From Octopus vulgaris (taxonomy: Eukaryota): DNA of 64,000 nucleotides. The position numbers and the translations under genes were made by a program. Below are positions 41,298 to 54,274 of this stretch, one piece after another. The notes under the pieces were generated by a model. The model had not been told where the DNA came from. It ran no database searches and saw nothing but the letters and a program-made list of their open reading frames with translations. Where the stretch lies: positions 126,852,001 through 126,916,000 of the forward strand of contig OX597819.1 of assembly GCA_951406725.2 (NCBI GenBank). Direction: 5' to 3'. Numbering within the stretch: the stretch's first letter is position 1; every line of letters begins with the position of its first letter.

Positions 41298-42375
41298 GCA
41301 TGCATGCATACATACATACTTACCGGGTTTTGAAAATGTTGGACTACGAAATTCAGTGTGGTCTCAGGTATCTATTTTGTAATTGTATATTTTGTAATAT
41401 TGGCATTTAGTTACAGACGTAGTTGCAAAGTGAGACAAAATTATTGTACAGAAAGTAGGGAGCTGCTTCAACCAAACATATGTAATGTTGTGATGAATAT
41501 GACAGCATACTTTCATTTGTAATGAAACCTCTCTTTCTCCCCCTCTCTCTCTATGTATATATGTACATATGCATGTATGTAAGTGTGTCTGTGTTTCAAC
41601 ATTTGTCAAAACATTTGTAATATTCTATTGTTACAATTTGTCTGAAGAAGAGAAACGAAACGGCAGTGACAACGAAAGAACAATCTTTCTACACCAATCA
41701 TACCAATTCCTTCTTTTGTGTATATTTATTTAGTTCTTGCTTTCTTCAGTTTATTTGGTAAGAGACGCTATGAACTGATATAATTTCTTTCGAAATTCAA
41801 GAATTTAACAATTTCTCTTTCACTACTTCTGTGCTTTAGAATTGTTGTGTCAGAGGTTAATAAGCAGTAGAAATGTAAATTTCGAAGACATAGTTTTAAC
41901 ACGTTCAACCTTAAAATAAATGCATAAATTGAAATCCTCTTAAATGTACAGGAAATAATGGCCCCTGCATATTTTTTCTGAATGCATGAAACAAATGTTT
42001 ATCTGTTTAGTGATATTTTTTTTCCTATCTGGAGCCTCAGACTCGGTTAAAATATGCTTAATGTAAGACAAAAAATGAAGCTGAGACTTTTCAAGCAATG
42101 CAGAAGTGTGGGTGTTGGGGAAATGTATAGCTACAGCAAGCACAAACAAGCATTCTGGTTCCGAATTTTTATACTCTCTCGCATTTCATCGGTCCCATTT
42201 CATGTTTAAGTTTACTCTTTTATTCTAAACTTTTATGTCGTTTATACTCGTTTATTTCTGTTTTTCTCTACAGTTGTCTTCTTTGCATTGCATATTACAA
42301 GTTTGATCAGAAAATACCTTGAAATTATATAACCGAAATTTATCCAAACTATAAATTAGAAAACTGGTATTTGTG

Positions 42376-42422
<47 letters not shown>

Positions 42423-43758
42423 CAAATACCAGTTTTCTAGCACAAGGCTTTCCTATTTGGAAGCCTCTTGATGTGTTTTAATGTACACGATATTTCGATA
42501 TATATATATATATTGTTTGTGTGTGTGTATGTTTGGAGCCTTTTGATGCTTACGGTATTATTAAAGAAAAGATAAAAAAAAGTGTGAATAAGGCTATTTC
42601 TTTAAAGATAATATATGAAAATTATACAAGCTAAAGAAACTGGATCTTCTTATTTTCTGAAGCTTTGTTTTAAAAAAACAAAACATTTTTAAATGTTCAT
42701 CCCTAGAGAACGTAAGAGAGAAGTATTTTAGTTTCATTATTGATAACAATAGCGCGATTATTGTTTTCGTACACGAATATATCGCCACGTTCGTCATTTT
42801 TTGTTGTTTGGAATGACGCCTGCTATTGAGTAAATCTGTTAAGAAATGCTAATACACATTTTAATACTGGCAACTGCAAAAAAGTTCTTTGATTGCTTAC
42901 TAACCATTTCTGCACCACTGAACTTGGAAAGACTGATGGTCTTTTTTATCCTGGATGTTTCTCTTTGCTGGCTCAGAAAGAAGAAACTGATAAGCAAATT
43001 AATATTGAAACTAATTGGTGAATCACTGGACGGTTTTCCTTTTAAATTTTAGGACGATTGATTATTTTGACAATATACCTAACCGATTGTTGTAAGATGA
43101 GTGAATTCATTCAATTTAATCAAAACGAGTGCATTTCCGGTATTTGTCCCTTCGACCTAAAGGAATGACAATAAAAAGACTGAAAAACGAACAGCCTTGG
43201 TGGGACTTGAACAGAGAGGAAATAGATAAGGAGTATAATGCGTTAGCCTGACATTCTAACTCTACTCGCACAATCACCACTACCCCTGTCCTTTGTTAGT
43301 GCAATCTGAACCATTACGTATTTATATAATATTTATTTTGTTTATTGTTTTTTCATTGTTTGTTTATTTACTTTCATAATAGTTTTGAGATTGTTTTCTG
43401 CATTGGTAACTTCTATCATTGACAAATTTAATATCGTTAGTTCTGCTTGAAAGCCCCATGTAACTCGAGAATGGATGAAGATGTTTACAAGTAGAAAGGA
43501 TGGGTTGTGGAGATTTTTGTTAATCGGATTTTTTCTTGATTATATGAAGAATTCTAATGAAATGGCAGTGTAATCTAATTGATGGAATGGGTTTTAATTG
43601 TTGAATAGGCGGAGTTCTACTGATTAGTTTGGTTTGATCGAATTCATTTCGAAATGGATCCATAATAGGTTTTTGACAAATGTCCAATATTGTTGCCATC
43701 CCCACGACCACCCAGCAGCAATTTCTCTTTAGTGGGAATGTAATTGAGTGTTTGTGTG

Positions 43759-43810
<52 letters not shown>

Positions 43811-44277
43811 GTGGGTGTGGGTGTTTGTGCAATTTCAGGATTGAAAATAGCAGTGAGCTATTTAGATTAATTTCAATGAAATGTAGTAATTAATTTTGGA
43901 TTGCTGTATTTACATAATGCTTATATTTCGAATTGTAATATCCTCTAATCCATTGTGGCCTGTTTCGTTTGGCACCACTGGAGAAGTGGACTTTAGTGAA
44001 TGATACACTCGAGTAAGTTTAGTTAAAGTCTTCAGTTCTTTGCGGACATTTCGCTGCTCATGTAAGTCATCGAAGCCACTAAGCAGTATAGTTTTACAGT
44101 CAAACTGATAAAGCTATTGAGAAGTTAGTATGATGAATGCAGTACGGGTGACAATAATGAGGGACGCCTTCTGCATGAAAAGACGCTAACACACTGAAAC
44201 GTTATTTGAGCCAACAAATTTTAATCCTCTCAAATTATCTCGACTGTGATAAGAGCGGTCATTATTTTAATGACTAA

Positions 44278-44459
44278 AGCAGGAAGTTGGCAGAAACGTT
44301 AGCACGCCAGGCGAAATGCTAAGCCGCATTTCGTCTGCCGCTACGTTCTGAGTTCAAATTCCGCCGAGGTCGACTTTGCCTTTCATCCTTTCGGGGCCGA
44401 TTAAATAAGTACCAGTTACGCACTGGGGTCGATATAATCGACTTAATCCGTTTGTCTGT
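44278..44459 (+). mobile_element. SINE family 1 copy, 3'-truncated
   Basis: TGGCAGAAACGTTAGCACGCC...GAGTTCAAATTCCGCCGAGGTCGACTTTGCC... Confidence 0.88.
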
Positions 44460-44473
44460 ACAATATATATATG

Positions 44474-44679
44474 CTCTTTTACTTGTTTCAGTCATTTGGT
44501 TGCGGCCATGCTGGAGCACCGCCTTTAATCGAGCAACTCGACCCCGGAACTTATTCTTTTGTAAGCCCAGTACTTATTCTATCGGTCTCTTTTGCCGAAC
44601 CGCTAAGTGACGGGAACGTAAACACACCAGCATCGGTTGTCAAGCAATGATAGGGGGACAAACACAGACACACAAACAT

Positions 44680-44736
<57 letters not shown>

Positions 44737-44890
44737 ACAGGCTTCTTTCGGTTTCCGTCTACCAAATCCACTCACAAGGCATTGGTCGGCCCGGGGCTAT
44801 AGCTGAAGACACTTGCCCAAGATGCCACGCAGTGGGACTGAACCCGGAACCATGTGGTTGGTTAGCAAGCTACTTACCACACAGCCAACC
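44474..44890 (-). mobile_element. tRNA-derived CORE-type SINE family 2, full length with internal (TA)n(TG)n
   Basis: Minus-strand head GGCTGTGTGGTAAGTAGCTTGCTAACCAACCACATGGTTCCGGGTTCAGTCCC, CORE-like TTGGGCAAGTGTCTT, and a LINE-like tail GGCGGTGCTCCAGCATGGCC. Confidence 0.88.
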
Positions 44891-45603
44891 CATGCTATTC
44901 GTGAACCCAAATGTTTTACTTCAGTCCTTCTCCCATTACCTATTATTTTCTTCTGAGGAATTCCCTTCTCTTCCCTTTTATTTCCCATTTTTTCTTTCTT
45001 CTGTTTTTTTTTTTGTTTTTTTTTTTTGCTAGTGTAAGTTATTTTCCATAACAATTACAAAACATTGAAATGTTTTGTGTAAATCTTTTCTGCCAAACAA
45101 TATTTAGAATTTGTAAACTGGGATAAAGTATAAAACTTCTTATTTTATTTTTTTTTGTATACATTTTTTTATTTATTTTTCTATTTATCATATTACTTCC
45201 AACATGACTCGACTATACTTCCGAGACTGGCTGAAGAATTTCAGAATTTTTGTTTTTTGACGCTTATTTGCAGCCAAGAACAGGAGAATCCAAATCCTTC
45301 TCAAAAAACTATTTCTTTCTGATAATTACAGTAATTTGTCTTATTTACCCTCGATTTGTTTTCCTCTCCTCCGACTACAAAAGGCTCTCACTCACTCACT
45401 CTCTCTTTACGGCATCCATCCTCTCTCTATCGTCTACCAAAACCATTTTCCCTATCTTCTTCTATGTTCTCTCTTCTCAATTCTTTTATTCTCCTATTCA
45501 CAATGTGTGTGCGCGTGTATGTATGTATGCATGTATGTATGCACACACACACACTCACACATATTACAAACATACGAATATTATATACATACGTGTACGT
45601 ATG

Positions 45604-45635
<32 letters not shown>

Positions 45636-45657
45636 CGTTATTCTTTTCTCCCCCTTG

Positions 45658-45692
<35 letters not shown>

Positions 45693-46901
45693 CTTCTCTC
45701 TCTCTCTCTCTCTCTCTCCCTCCTCTCTTAACTAATGTATTTTTACCATTCAGTACTGTCTCACCATTCTCTTGTTTCAACACAAAATTTTCTCATCGAC
45801 ATCTTGTTTTAAAAAAAATTTAAGTCGTTAGCAATATAATCATCATTAGCAGACTTTCAATTCTTCGTCACATATATTTTATTTCTGTCAAGTATCTCGA
45901 TTGCTGAAGAAATACTTAAAGATATGTTGGAGGCAAAGAAATATTCATTTCGCAGAGAGAGAGGGAGAGAAGGGGTGGGAGTAAGTGAAAGAACTATGTG
46001 TATTTGTGGTGAGAGAGGGAGAGTGAGAGAGACAGAGAGGTATTTCCTCTCATAGGTGAGTTCTTTCGTCCCCGTTGACAGATAACTTGGGAATAATTTG
46101 AATTATACGAATCAACACAAACGATAACAAAAATTTCAAAAAGTTTAAGCTAAAGAATAAAAGCGAAGAAATCCTGCGACCAGACAGACACAAGCAACGA
46201 AGAGGGAGAAGCAGTGAGACAGACAAACCTAGAAGCCAGGCTACCAGCCAGCCAACGAGTCAGTCAGTAGGGATATCATTGTTTAGATAAGTTAGGAAAC
46301 AATGTATCATTAAACTGAGACACTTATTCGACACATCTTGATTGTAAGTGCACCGGCATGTGGTTGATGCGTACCACTCGATAACAATACAAACGCAGCC
46401 GATATGAAGACGCCTGTATGTTGCATAACCCCAAGGTTTTGTTGCTTTTAGAGCCGACTGTCGGTGTTTTGTTTGTCTTTATATCGCTCAACTTCTAATT
46501 TATAAAGTGATAAGCCAAATGAGTATCATATACGTTGTACTATCCTCGAAAGAAAACAAAGTACCAGTATTCATGTTGATTCGGTTACAAATTTGTTATT
46601 AGCAAAATATTCCTTATTCGGGGTATCAGTAATCTCAAGACAGATCATTCTTTCCCGTTTCTTCATACGACATAACAAATATTATGCATATACTTCTAAT
46701 AGGTTTTCTTTTTATGGCTGTTTAGTCTTAAACTACATTATCCAGCCTGATGTTTTTTCAAGAGAAGTACGATGTGATTGGAGGAAGACTTGGCTGCTAT
46801 TTTTGGCAGGTTGGCCGGTTACGTGCAGGCTTCCTTGTCTAGATATTTCTTGTATCATAGTATGGTTCTAACATATTTTTGATGGTGGTCTCTCCTTTCA
46901 C

Positions 46902-47236
46902 CGATTTGAAGCTCAACATTCCCTGATCTTTTATGAAGCTGAAAATTTACTAATCCAAAGTCCATTAGACTAGTAAATTTTCATCTAAATTTTCATTTCT
47001 CGATCTAAAACCAAATATTCTCTTATCTCAACCTCATGTTCTCTTATCTAAAGCTCAACGTTTTCTTATCTAAAGCTCAAACATTCTCTGGTCCAAAGCC
47101 CCATATTTTCTGCATAGTATTTCTTTATCTCCTTCTTGAAAGATAGACATTTCTTGATTTAAAGCTAAATATGATCTGATTTAAAACTCAGATTTCACTA
47201 ATCTACTGGTCAATATTCACTACTCTAAAACTCATT
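46902..47236. repeat. Degenerate minisatellite of 21-23 bp units (about TTCTCTTATCTAAAGCTCAACA)
   Basis: Recurring atctaaagctcaa / atctaaaacc / atttaaagctaaa / atttaaaactca at about 21-23 nt spacing. Confidence 0.65.
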
Positions 47237-47434
47237 ATGTAATTTCTTAGAAGTGTATATATGTGTCGGAATATCTGATATTCATCAAATTGTCAATATT
47301 TAATTAGTGGTTTGCTGTATACAAAACGTCGCAAGAGCATCTAGTTTTACTCATAATTAACTGTAATTTATGATAATGAAAACAAATTACACATTTATAT
47401 TCTAAATATTTTGTTTCCTTTCTACTTATTTCAG

Positions 47435-47539
47435 CTCCAGCAACTACCTACAGCTCGAGTCAAATCTATTCCAGTTCACCCGTTGGAGTATCCCCATTAG
47501 TCCAAGTTGCTCCTACTGGTTACAATGGAAATATTCAAG
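47435..47539 (+). CDS. Pax2/5/8: Internal coding exon D (105 nt, phase 1-1): (T)PATTYSSSQIYSSSPVGVSPLVQVAPTGYNGNIQ(G)
   Basis: Strong acceptor tttcctttctacttatttcag| and donor CAAG|gtgaga; open in phase with exon C; absent from the ORF track because it is short. VAPTGY loosely recalls Pax2/5/8 C-terminal VPPTGQGSY. Confidence 0.72.
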
Positions 47540-48449
47540 GTGAGAGATTTTGCCCTTTTTTTTTTAACAAATATAAAACCGATGAATTCAGTGTTTCTGT
47601 AACGAAAATGTTGAAGCCTTTCCATTTTGATGTATTGTATTGAATATGAATAATAGTCACATAAACAAAATTACATTCTCACAGTAACACCTGCTTCAAT
47701 AGCATCAGCCATGAAGAAGCCCCAATATGCGATAATATCACCTCATACTGAAGATGAGACGACAAAAGTCTAAAAAGTTGCTTATAGGAAGCTTATTATT
47801 TCAAACAAACTTCTAGAAACTCATACGAAATAATAGTATGCTTGTGTGTCTGCATGTATTGTGTGTGTGTACACAAGTACACACAAATGCAATTGTTATA
47901 CAGACTCACTTAGCGGAAACGTGTCTTTGGAGCTGATATTTTGCATGCGAGACTTTACAAAATGACATTTGCGCGATATGCCACGCAATGGGTTTAAACC
48001 TGAGGTTTCTTAACCACTCGCACTTACTGCGACCACACGTACACACCGCGGGCGTGCCACGAGGGGATCAAAGATGAGTTGAAAGCACAACATTTCTGGT
48101 TTATTCCGCCATCAAGAAACAGGATAGTTGAGTGTTGCACTTATAAAGACTTAGTTTCTGGACCTTCACTACATACAAATCAAAAATGACGTCAGTAATG
48201 GCCAACTTAAGAAATTGATTGCACAAATTTTCTCAACAGAATTGTCATTGACGTTAAGGGAGACAACGCGCTAAATCCATCTTCGCTGATTAGCTCAACT
48301 GCCCTGTTTTGTTGAACGGCTAAAATCCCAAAATACGAATCACTGAATTAAATTTTGCCCGTTTTAAATATTAGATTGATTACACTATGATTTCCTTCTT
48401 GGGATTTTGGGTTGTTACCAAATAAGCTGCCATAGCATTCCAGAAGATG

Positions 48450-48486
<37 letters not shown>

Positions 48487-48692
48487 CAATATTAGATATG
48501 TACATATATACACAAGGGTACTACATGAGTACCTATATCGCTAACGATAGAAGTAAAATAATACTTCTGTACCACCAAATAGTCACAAATCTATTACAGA
48601 CAAAATAGGAAAAAATATCAGTGTATAATAATAATGTCTTTCCTCAAATGGGTCAGAAAAAGTAAATTCAGAAACCTGGTACCGGTTTCTAA

Positions 48693-48730
<38 letters not shown>

Positions 48731-50028
48731 CATCATCATCATCGTTTATGATATATATATATATATATATAATTTAAAACAGTTTGATACAGTTCCATGT
48801 GACTTAAAGATTCGTAGGCCTCTAACAGAAGCCCGTCTCTGTTAGAGGCTGGCAATCCAAAGCTTGGAAGAAACAAGCTCCTGGTAGAGGCCAGCGAAAA
48901 TATAAGTCGCAAGGAACCGTATCAAACTATTCTAAATAATACACGTAACTCCTATGTGTTGAGTGCATTTTCTTTCGTGTATCGACTTACTCGTGTATGT
49001 ATATATATAGGTATGTATGTATGTGTATATGTATAAATATGTATATATTCTTTTATTTTTATATACGTTTCAGCCGAAAGACTGTGGCCATACTGGAGCA
49101 CATCAGATATTCTCTGTACTTATATGTATTTTCTATTATGTGTGATTAATACACTTTATTGACCAGAGAATCTCATTGTGATTTAAGTTCGAAATCAATT
49201 GACATGACATATGACATCGTTTCGTATAATTTGCTTTTATTACAATATATAGACTGTAACTTTGAAAATTCGAGTGCTACTGACCCCCTTTACTAGTCTT
49301 ACAATATATTTATTTAATTATTCATCATCAGTAGCAACCTTAGTTTCGCCCCGCCATATGTGTGTGTTACAACCCCTTCTTGTTCCACCTCATATTCATT
49401 CAAATCTTGATTCTTTGGGTATTGTCGACAGATGAAGCGAACGAGCCATTTGAACCGTTCTTGCATATTTTTTAATGCTTCTACCCCCACCACCCTCTCT
49501 CACTCTCTCTCTCTCTCTCTCTCTCATTCATACGCAAACACAAATGGATGCTACCGTATTCATTCATATATTTATACTTATTAACACATGTAAGCATACA
49601 CAACTGTGTAGCATAAACACACACTTGCTTACAGTGCTGTACAAACTATTACACATACTTCCGCATATTCGCGCGTGTACGTGCGCGTATTTTTGTGTAT
49701 GTGTTTACATTGTCCTACTTGTTATTATTGTTATTGATGTCATTTTACTTCTAATTGTTGTTGTTGTTGTTGTTGTTGTCACTGCCGTCCAACATCCCAA
49801 CTCCCATATCTTATTGCTTACTGCAGCAGCAGTTGATGTTAATGTCTCATATTAATTGATGCCAAAGATCGGTGCTTGCAGTATTTGTTTCACAAAAACA
49901 ATATTGACAATAAATAATAACGTTGTTGAAAACAACAACAACAATAACAATATGCAACAAACAAACAACCATTGTTCTCTGCCTTTCTTCCTTCTATTTT
50001 TCAGAAAATTCCTACTCTTATGTAGTAG

Positions 50029-50077
<49 letters not shown>

Positions 50078-50568
50078 GATTTGCTCCTTTGGTTCTCTTC
50101 TTTGTCTCATATATATACACACACAGACGGGTGTGTATCTGTATGTTTTTCTCTCGTCGCCGCTTAAAACTCCACCATATCCCCGTCACCCGTCTCCCTC
50201 CACCTTATCTTTCTCATTTTATTTAACTTCCTAGATTTTGTTTCTGCACTGAACTTTAGCAGTGTCATAAATCCGTTGAACTTCACACGGATAAATAACA
50301 TGAACCCTCTATTGTGGAAATTCAGTCATGGACGAAATATTTCGACTTTTGTTCCCTTTTGCTTCAACTCCTCTTCGTTATTACCGTAAACTCTCTGTGC
50401 GTGCGCGTACGCAAACACACACTCGCACACATATAGGTCATCGGATGAGTGTGCTTATATAGTTCGTTCATGTTTACAGACAAAGAAAAAGTACTCAATA
50501 CAAAAGCAGTGCAGCTATTTATCGCATGTACTTGTTTAGTGTTTCTTTTCACATGGTCGTTTGAAAAG

Positions 50569-50915
50569 CTAGTTAATATCAGTGAAAATCATTCCTCATT
50601 CACCATACGAAAAAAAAGGAAAAGTATATTGGACGCAATATTCTGGATTCACTGTCTGAAAATAGAATGGGATGGGCGCGGCTGGAATGCATTTATTGTT
50701 GATTTGTTTCTTGGGTTAAAACGATATAATCAAAACTAGTTAATATCAGTGAAAATCATTCCTCATTCACCATACGAAAAAAAAGGAAAAGTATGTTGGA
50801 CACAATATTCTGGATTCACTGTCTGAAAATAGAATGGGATGGGCGCGGCTGGAATGCGTTTGTCGTAGATTTGTTTTGACTAAGGCTGTTCTTTGGTTAA
50901 AACGATATAATCAAA
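50569..50915. repeat. Tandem direct duplication with a 167-bp period
   Basis: agttaatatcagtgaaaatcattcc... starts at 50571 and again at 50738. Few substitutions; the second copy has a short insertion. Confidence 0.92.
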
Positions 50916-51814
50916 TGTAATCCATAGCAAGCTAAATCGTCTACTTTAATATGTGTAACATCGAGATTCCCTGTTCCAAGAAAGATAGGAGTGCGGAAAG
51001 CGAAGCTGCTACAATACGTAAATATACCAGTGACATACTGAGTCAATTCAGCTGATAATATAAACGTCATCTCCCTTCCACCCCTTAACGGTCTTGTGTC
51101 AAGTCAAAAGAAGTTTTTATTTAGGGATAGACCACATGAAACTAAGGAGGTGAAAGCTGCTGTTTTAATAAAACTGTAGCTGTGTTTATTGTGCAATCAA
51201 GCATGTGCCTCACACCCACCCAGTCTGTTTCTAGTCTCTACAAGCCTACGGACGGACATACTTGTGTGCGTGTGTATGTGTGCGTGTGTGTGTATGTGTG
51301 CATACGCATATGATCATATATACAAAGAAGGGCGCAATTACTCTTATATGACGATAAACACACACACACACACGTGCTGTCGTTCGAAATTGCCCGCCCA
51401 TAATAATAATAATAATAATGATTACGACAACAATCTAAATTGACAACAATAAAAATCTATGAGAAGGACTACTGTTAGTGTGGTAGTTTATGGAGGAGGA
51501 TGTGGCATCATTAAATTTTAGGAGATGGCATTTTCATTGGGACATTACCAAAAGAAAAGAACGCAGTTCAACGGTGCCATCTGGATCCAATGCTCCGCTT
51601 GCAATATATATCTATATACGTGTGTGTGTGTGTGTGGAATTAATTCCCTATCAGAGGTCTCTTCCTGGAAAAGCGAATCAGGAATATTTTGCATCGATAG
51701 ATTCTTTATTATTTATACTTTATTTCTTTAATATCCTTTTTTTCCTTCATTTTTCTTTTTGTTTTCCTTCTATAAAATTTAAAATATTGTTGTTGTAACT
51801 GCTCCTGTTGTTAC

Positions 51815-51874
<60 letters not shown>

Positions 51875-52336
51875 CATCATCATTTTGACAAGGAGTTTAT
51901 ATGTATGTGTATGTTTAAAACAACAACAACAACAAAAAAAAACAACTCCACACAAATGAAAACAAAATATTCGCTTCGTCTTTTCCTTCCTCTCCCTTTA
52001 CCTTTAATTTCATACAGTTAGGCTTTCTGTTTGGGAGACAGCTGGCTTAGTGAGTCGAACAAATTCTACATAAAAAGAGTCAGATATTGGAAAATGAAGC
52101 GAAAAATAGAATGCAGCTTATATGGTATTGGTTAATGGGAAGGACGGTAATGATAATAATAAGAAAATGAACACACCCTTTATTCCATGTGCGCACGCAC
52201 ACACAGACACACAGACACAGACACACACACACACACACACACACAAGTGACTGGAATAGAATCACTAATCAATTTGATTCTAAATCTCCACTCCGGCCAG
52301 CTGGCCAGGTCCAGCAACGAAAAATTCTTAAATATA

Positions 52337-52552
52337 GGCGCTGGAGTGGCTGTATGGTAAGTAGCTTGCTTACCAACCACATGGTTGTATGTTCAGTCCT
52401 ACTGCGTGGCCTCTTGGGCAAGTGTCTTCTACTATAGCCTCGGGCCAACCAAAGCCTTCTGAGTGAATTTGGTAGACGGAAACTAAAAGAAGCTCGTCGT
52501 ATATATGTATATGTTTGTGTGTCTGTGTTTGTCCCCCCCCCCCAACATCGCT
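52337..52552 (+). mobile_element. SINE family 2, 5' half
   Basis: GGCGCTGGAGTGGCTGTATGGTAAGTAGCTTGCTTACCAACCACATGG...TTGGGCAAGTGTCTTCTACTATAGCC. Confidence 0.88.
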
Positions 52553-52924
52553 TTCTAATTTACTTTTCCACTCTCGTTTTTCCTCACCCTCTCTTACTGT
52601 CTATCCTCTTATTCTCTGTCTTTCATTCTAAGGTTGTGTCTTTGAATCTCTCTCACCATCTCTCTTTCTCCCTCCCCATTCTCTCTCTGGTTCTCCCGTC
52701 GCCCAAACCGCATCCGCCATCATCATCTCTAAAATTGTTAGTACTTACACTGACATTAGACAGAAAGTCAGTTCACAAACTCCGTCGTGATTTATCTGAG
52801 TTGAACAGCAAAACTTTGCAACACAGATTTTGAAGCTCACATTTATATCAATAATATCCAATCACATTAATTTATTTGGATGATGAAAGTGACAAATAAT
52901 AATAATAATAATAATAATAATAGT

Positions 52925-53140
52925 GGAGGCGCAATGGCCTAGCGGTTAGGGCAGCGGACTTGCGGTCGGAGGATCGCGGTTTCGATTCCCAGACCGGGCG
53001 TTGTGTGTGTTTATTGAGCGAAAAAAACACCTAAAAGCTCCACGAGGCTCCGGCAGGAGGTGGTGATCCCTGCTGTACTCTTTCACCACTCTAAAAGGCG
53101 GTGCTCCAGCATGGCCGTAGTCAAATGACTGAAACAAGTA
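52925..53140 (+). mobile_element. SINE family 3 with LINE-like tail
   Basis: tRNA-like head with A/B boxes (TGGCCTAGCGG; GTTTCGATTCC) and tail AAAGGCGGTGCTCCAGCATGGCCGTAGTCAAATGACTGAAACAAG. Confidence 0.88.
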
Positions 53141-53182
53141 CAAAAAAAAAAAAAAAAATAATAATAATAATAATAATAATAA

Positions 53183-53565
53183 TTCTTTCTACTACAGGCA
53201 TAAGGCCTGAAAACTTTCGGGGAGGGGCGAGACGATTACGTCGACTCCAGTACTCAACCAGAACTTATTTTATCCATCCCGAAGGTTAAAAGGTCGACTC
53301 GACCTCTGTGACCCAGAACGTCAAGCCAGATGAAATGAAATGTGACAATAATTGTGATGATAGTTATTGTATCTAATTTAGGGGCAATGCCAATAATTTC
53401 TAGAGGACGAATTAGTCAATAATGTCAAGTGCAGTGCTTGACAGACACTTTATCATTAGAAGGATAAAAGTCAAAGCTGACCATGGCAATATCTGAACTC
53501 AGAACGTGAAGAGTAAGCGGAAATATCACTAAACATTTATTTCGACGTTCTAGCGATTCTGCTAG
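53183..53565 (-). mobile_element. Two older, degraded SINE family 1 copies
   Basis: tttctactacaggcataaggcctgaaa...gtcgactccagt...cccgaagg, then gaaggataaaagtcaaagctgacc...tgaactcagaacg...tagcgattctgc. Confidence 0.65.
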
Positions 53566-54274
53566 TATATATGTATAGCGATACATCTTCGATTTTCTGG
53601 TATCCTTAGTTCCAAAGGCTGGACAAATTAATCATTTTACCGGACCAACTGTGGTTATATAATGATAATTCAGCAAAGCACTTTTAGCCTACTCATACCT
53701 CTAAACTACTGTCAGAAAATCAAATTTTTACAAATACCAATAAATATTGGATCGATATGGATTGGTGCTTATGTTTGACACAACCACTGACGCTCTTACT
53801 TCTCATGCTGTTAATAGACACAGCAAAGGATAACTTTAAGCCAAATATGCAGATAATGCATATTTTCTTTTATCAACCTGTGACTTGTACGTGGCATCCT
53901 CATCATCCTCTAGCGCCTCTAATCTATACTTGTATCGAGTTCGATGACGAACGAGCCACAAATATCATACCTATTTCTTTACTACCCACAAGGGGCTGAA
54001 CACAGAGGAGACAAACAAGGACATGTTTCAATAATTAAATGCATAGCAATGCAAGAAGTGACTTTTACCGGAAGTGATCTCAAGTTTCTACAGGCAAAGA
54101 AATATCCATTAACAACAGCGTATCTCTATAAATACATTTCATTGCAACTGCTGCGATAGTGACAATTTCTTTACATCTTCGTTCCTACTTTCTGGCCTTA
54201 TCTATCTCCTCACTTTATTCTCGTTTTATATACATATATAAATACATGCATCCCACCTACACACTCATTCAATT

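Noticed and set aside
52925-52998. tRNA-like sequence (also at 29708-29781)
   Set aside because: It is the head of a SINE and continues directly into SINE body and tail; no convincing acceptor stem.
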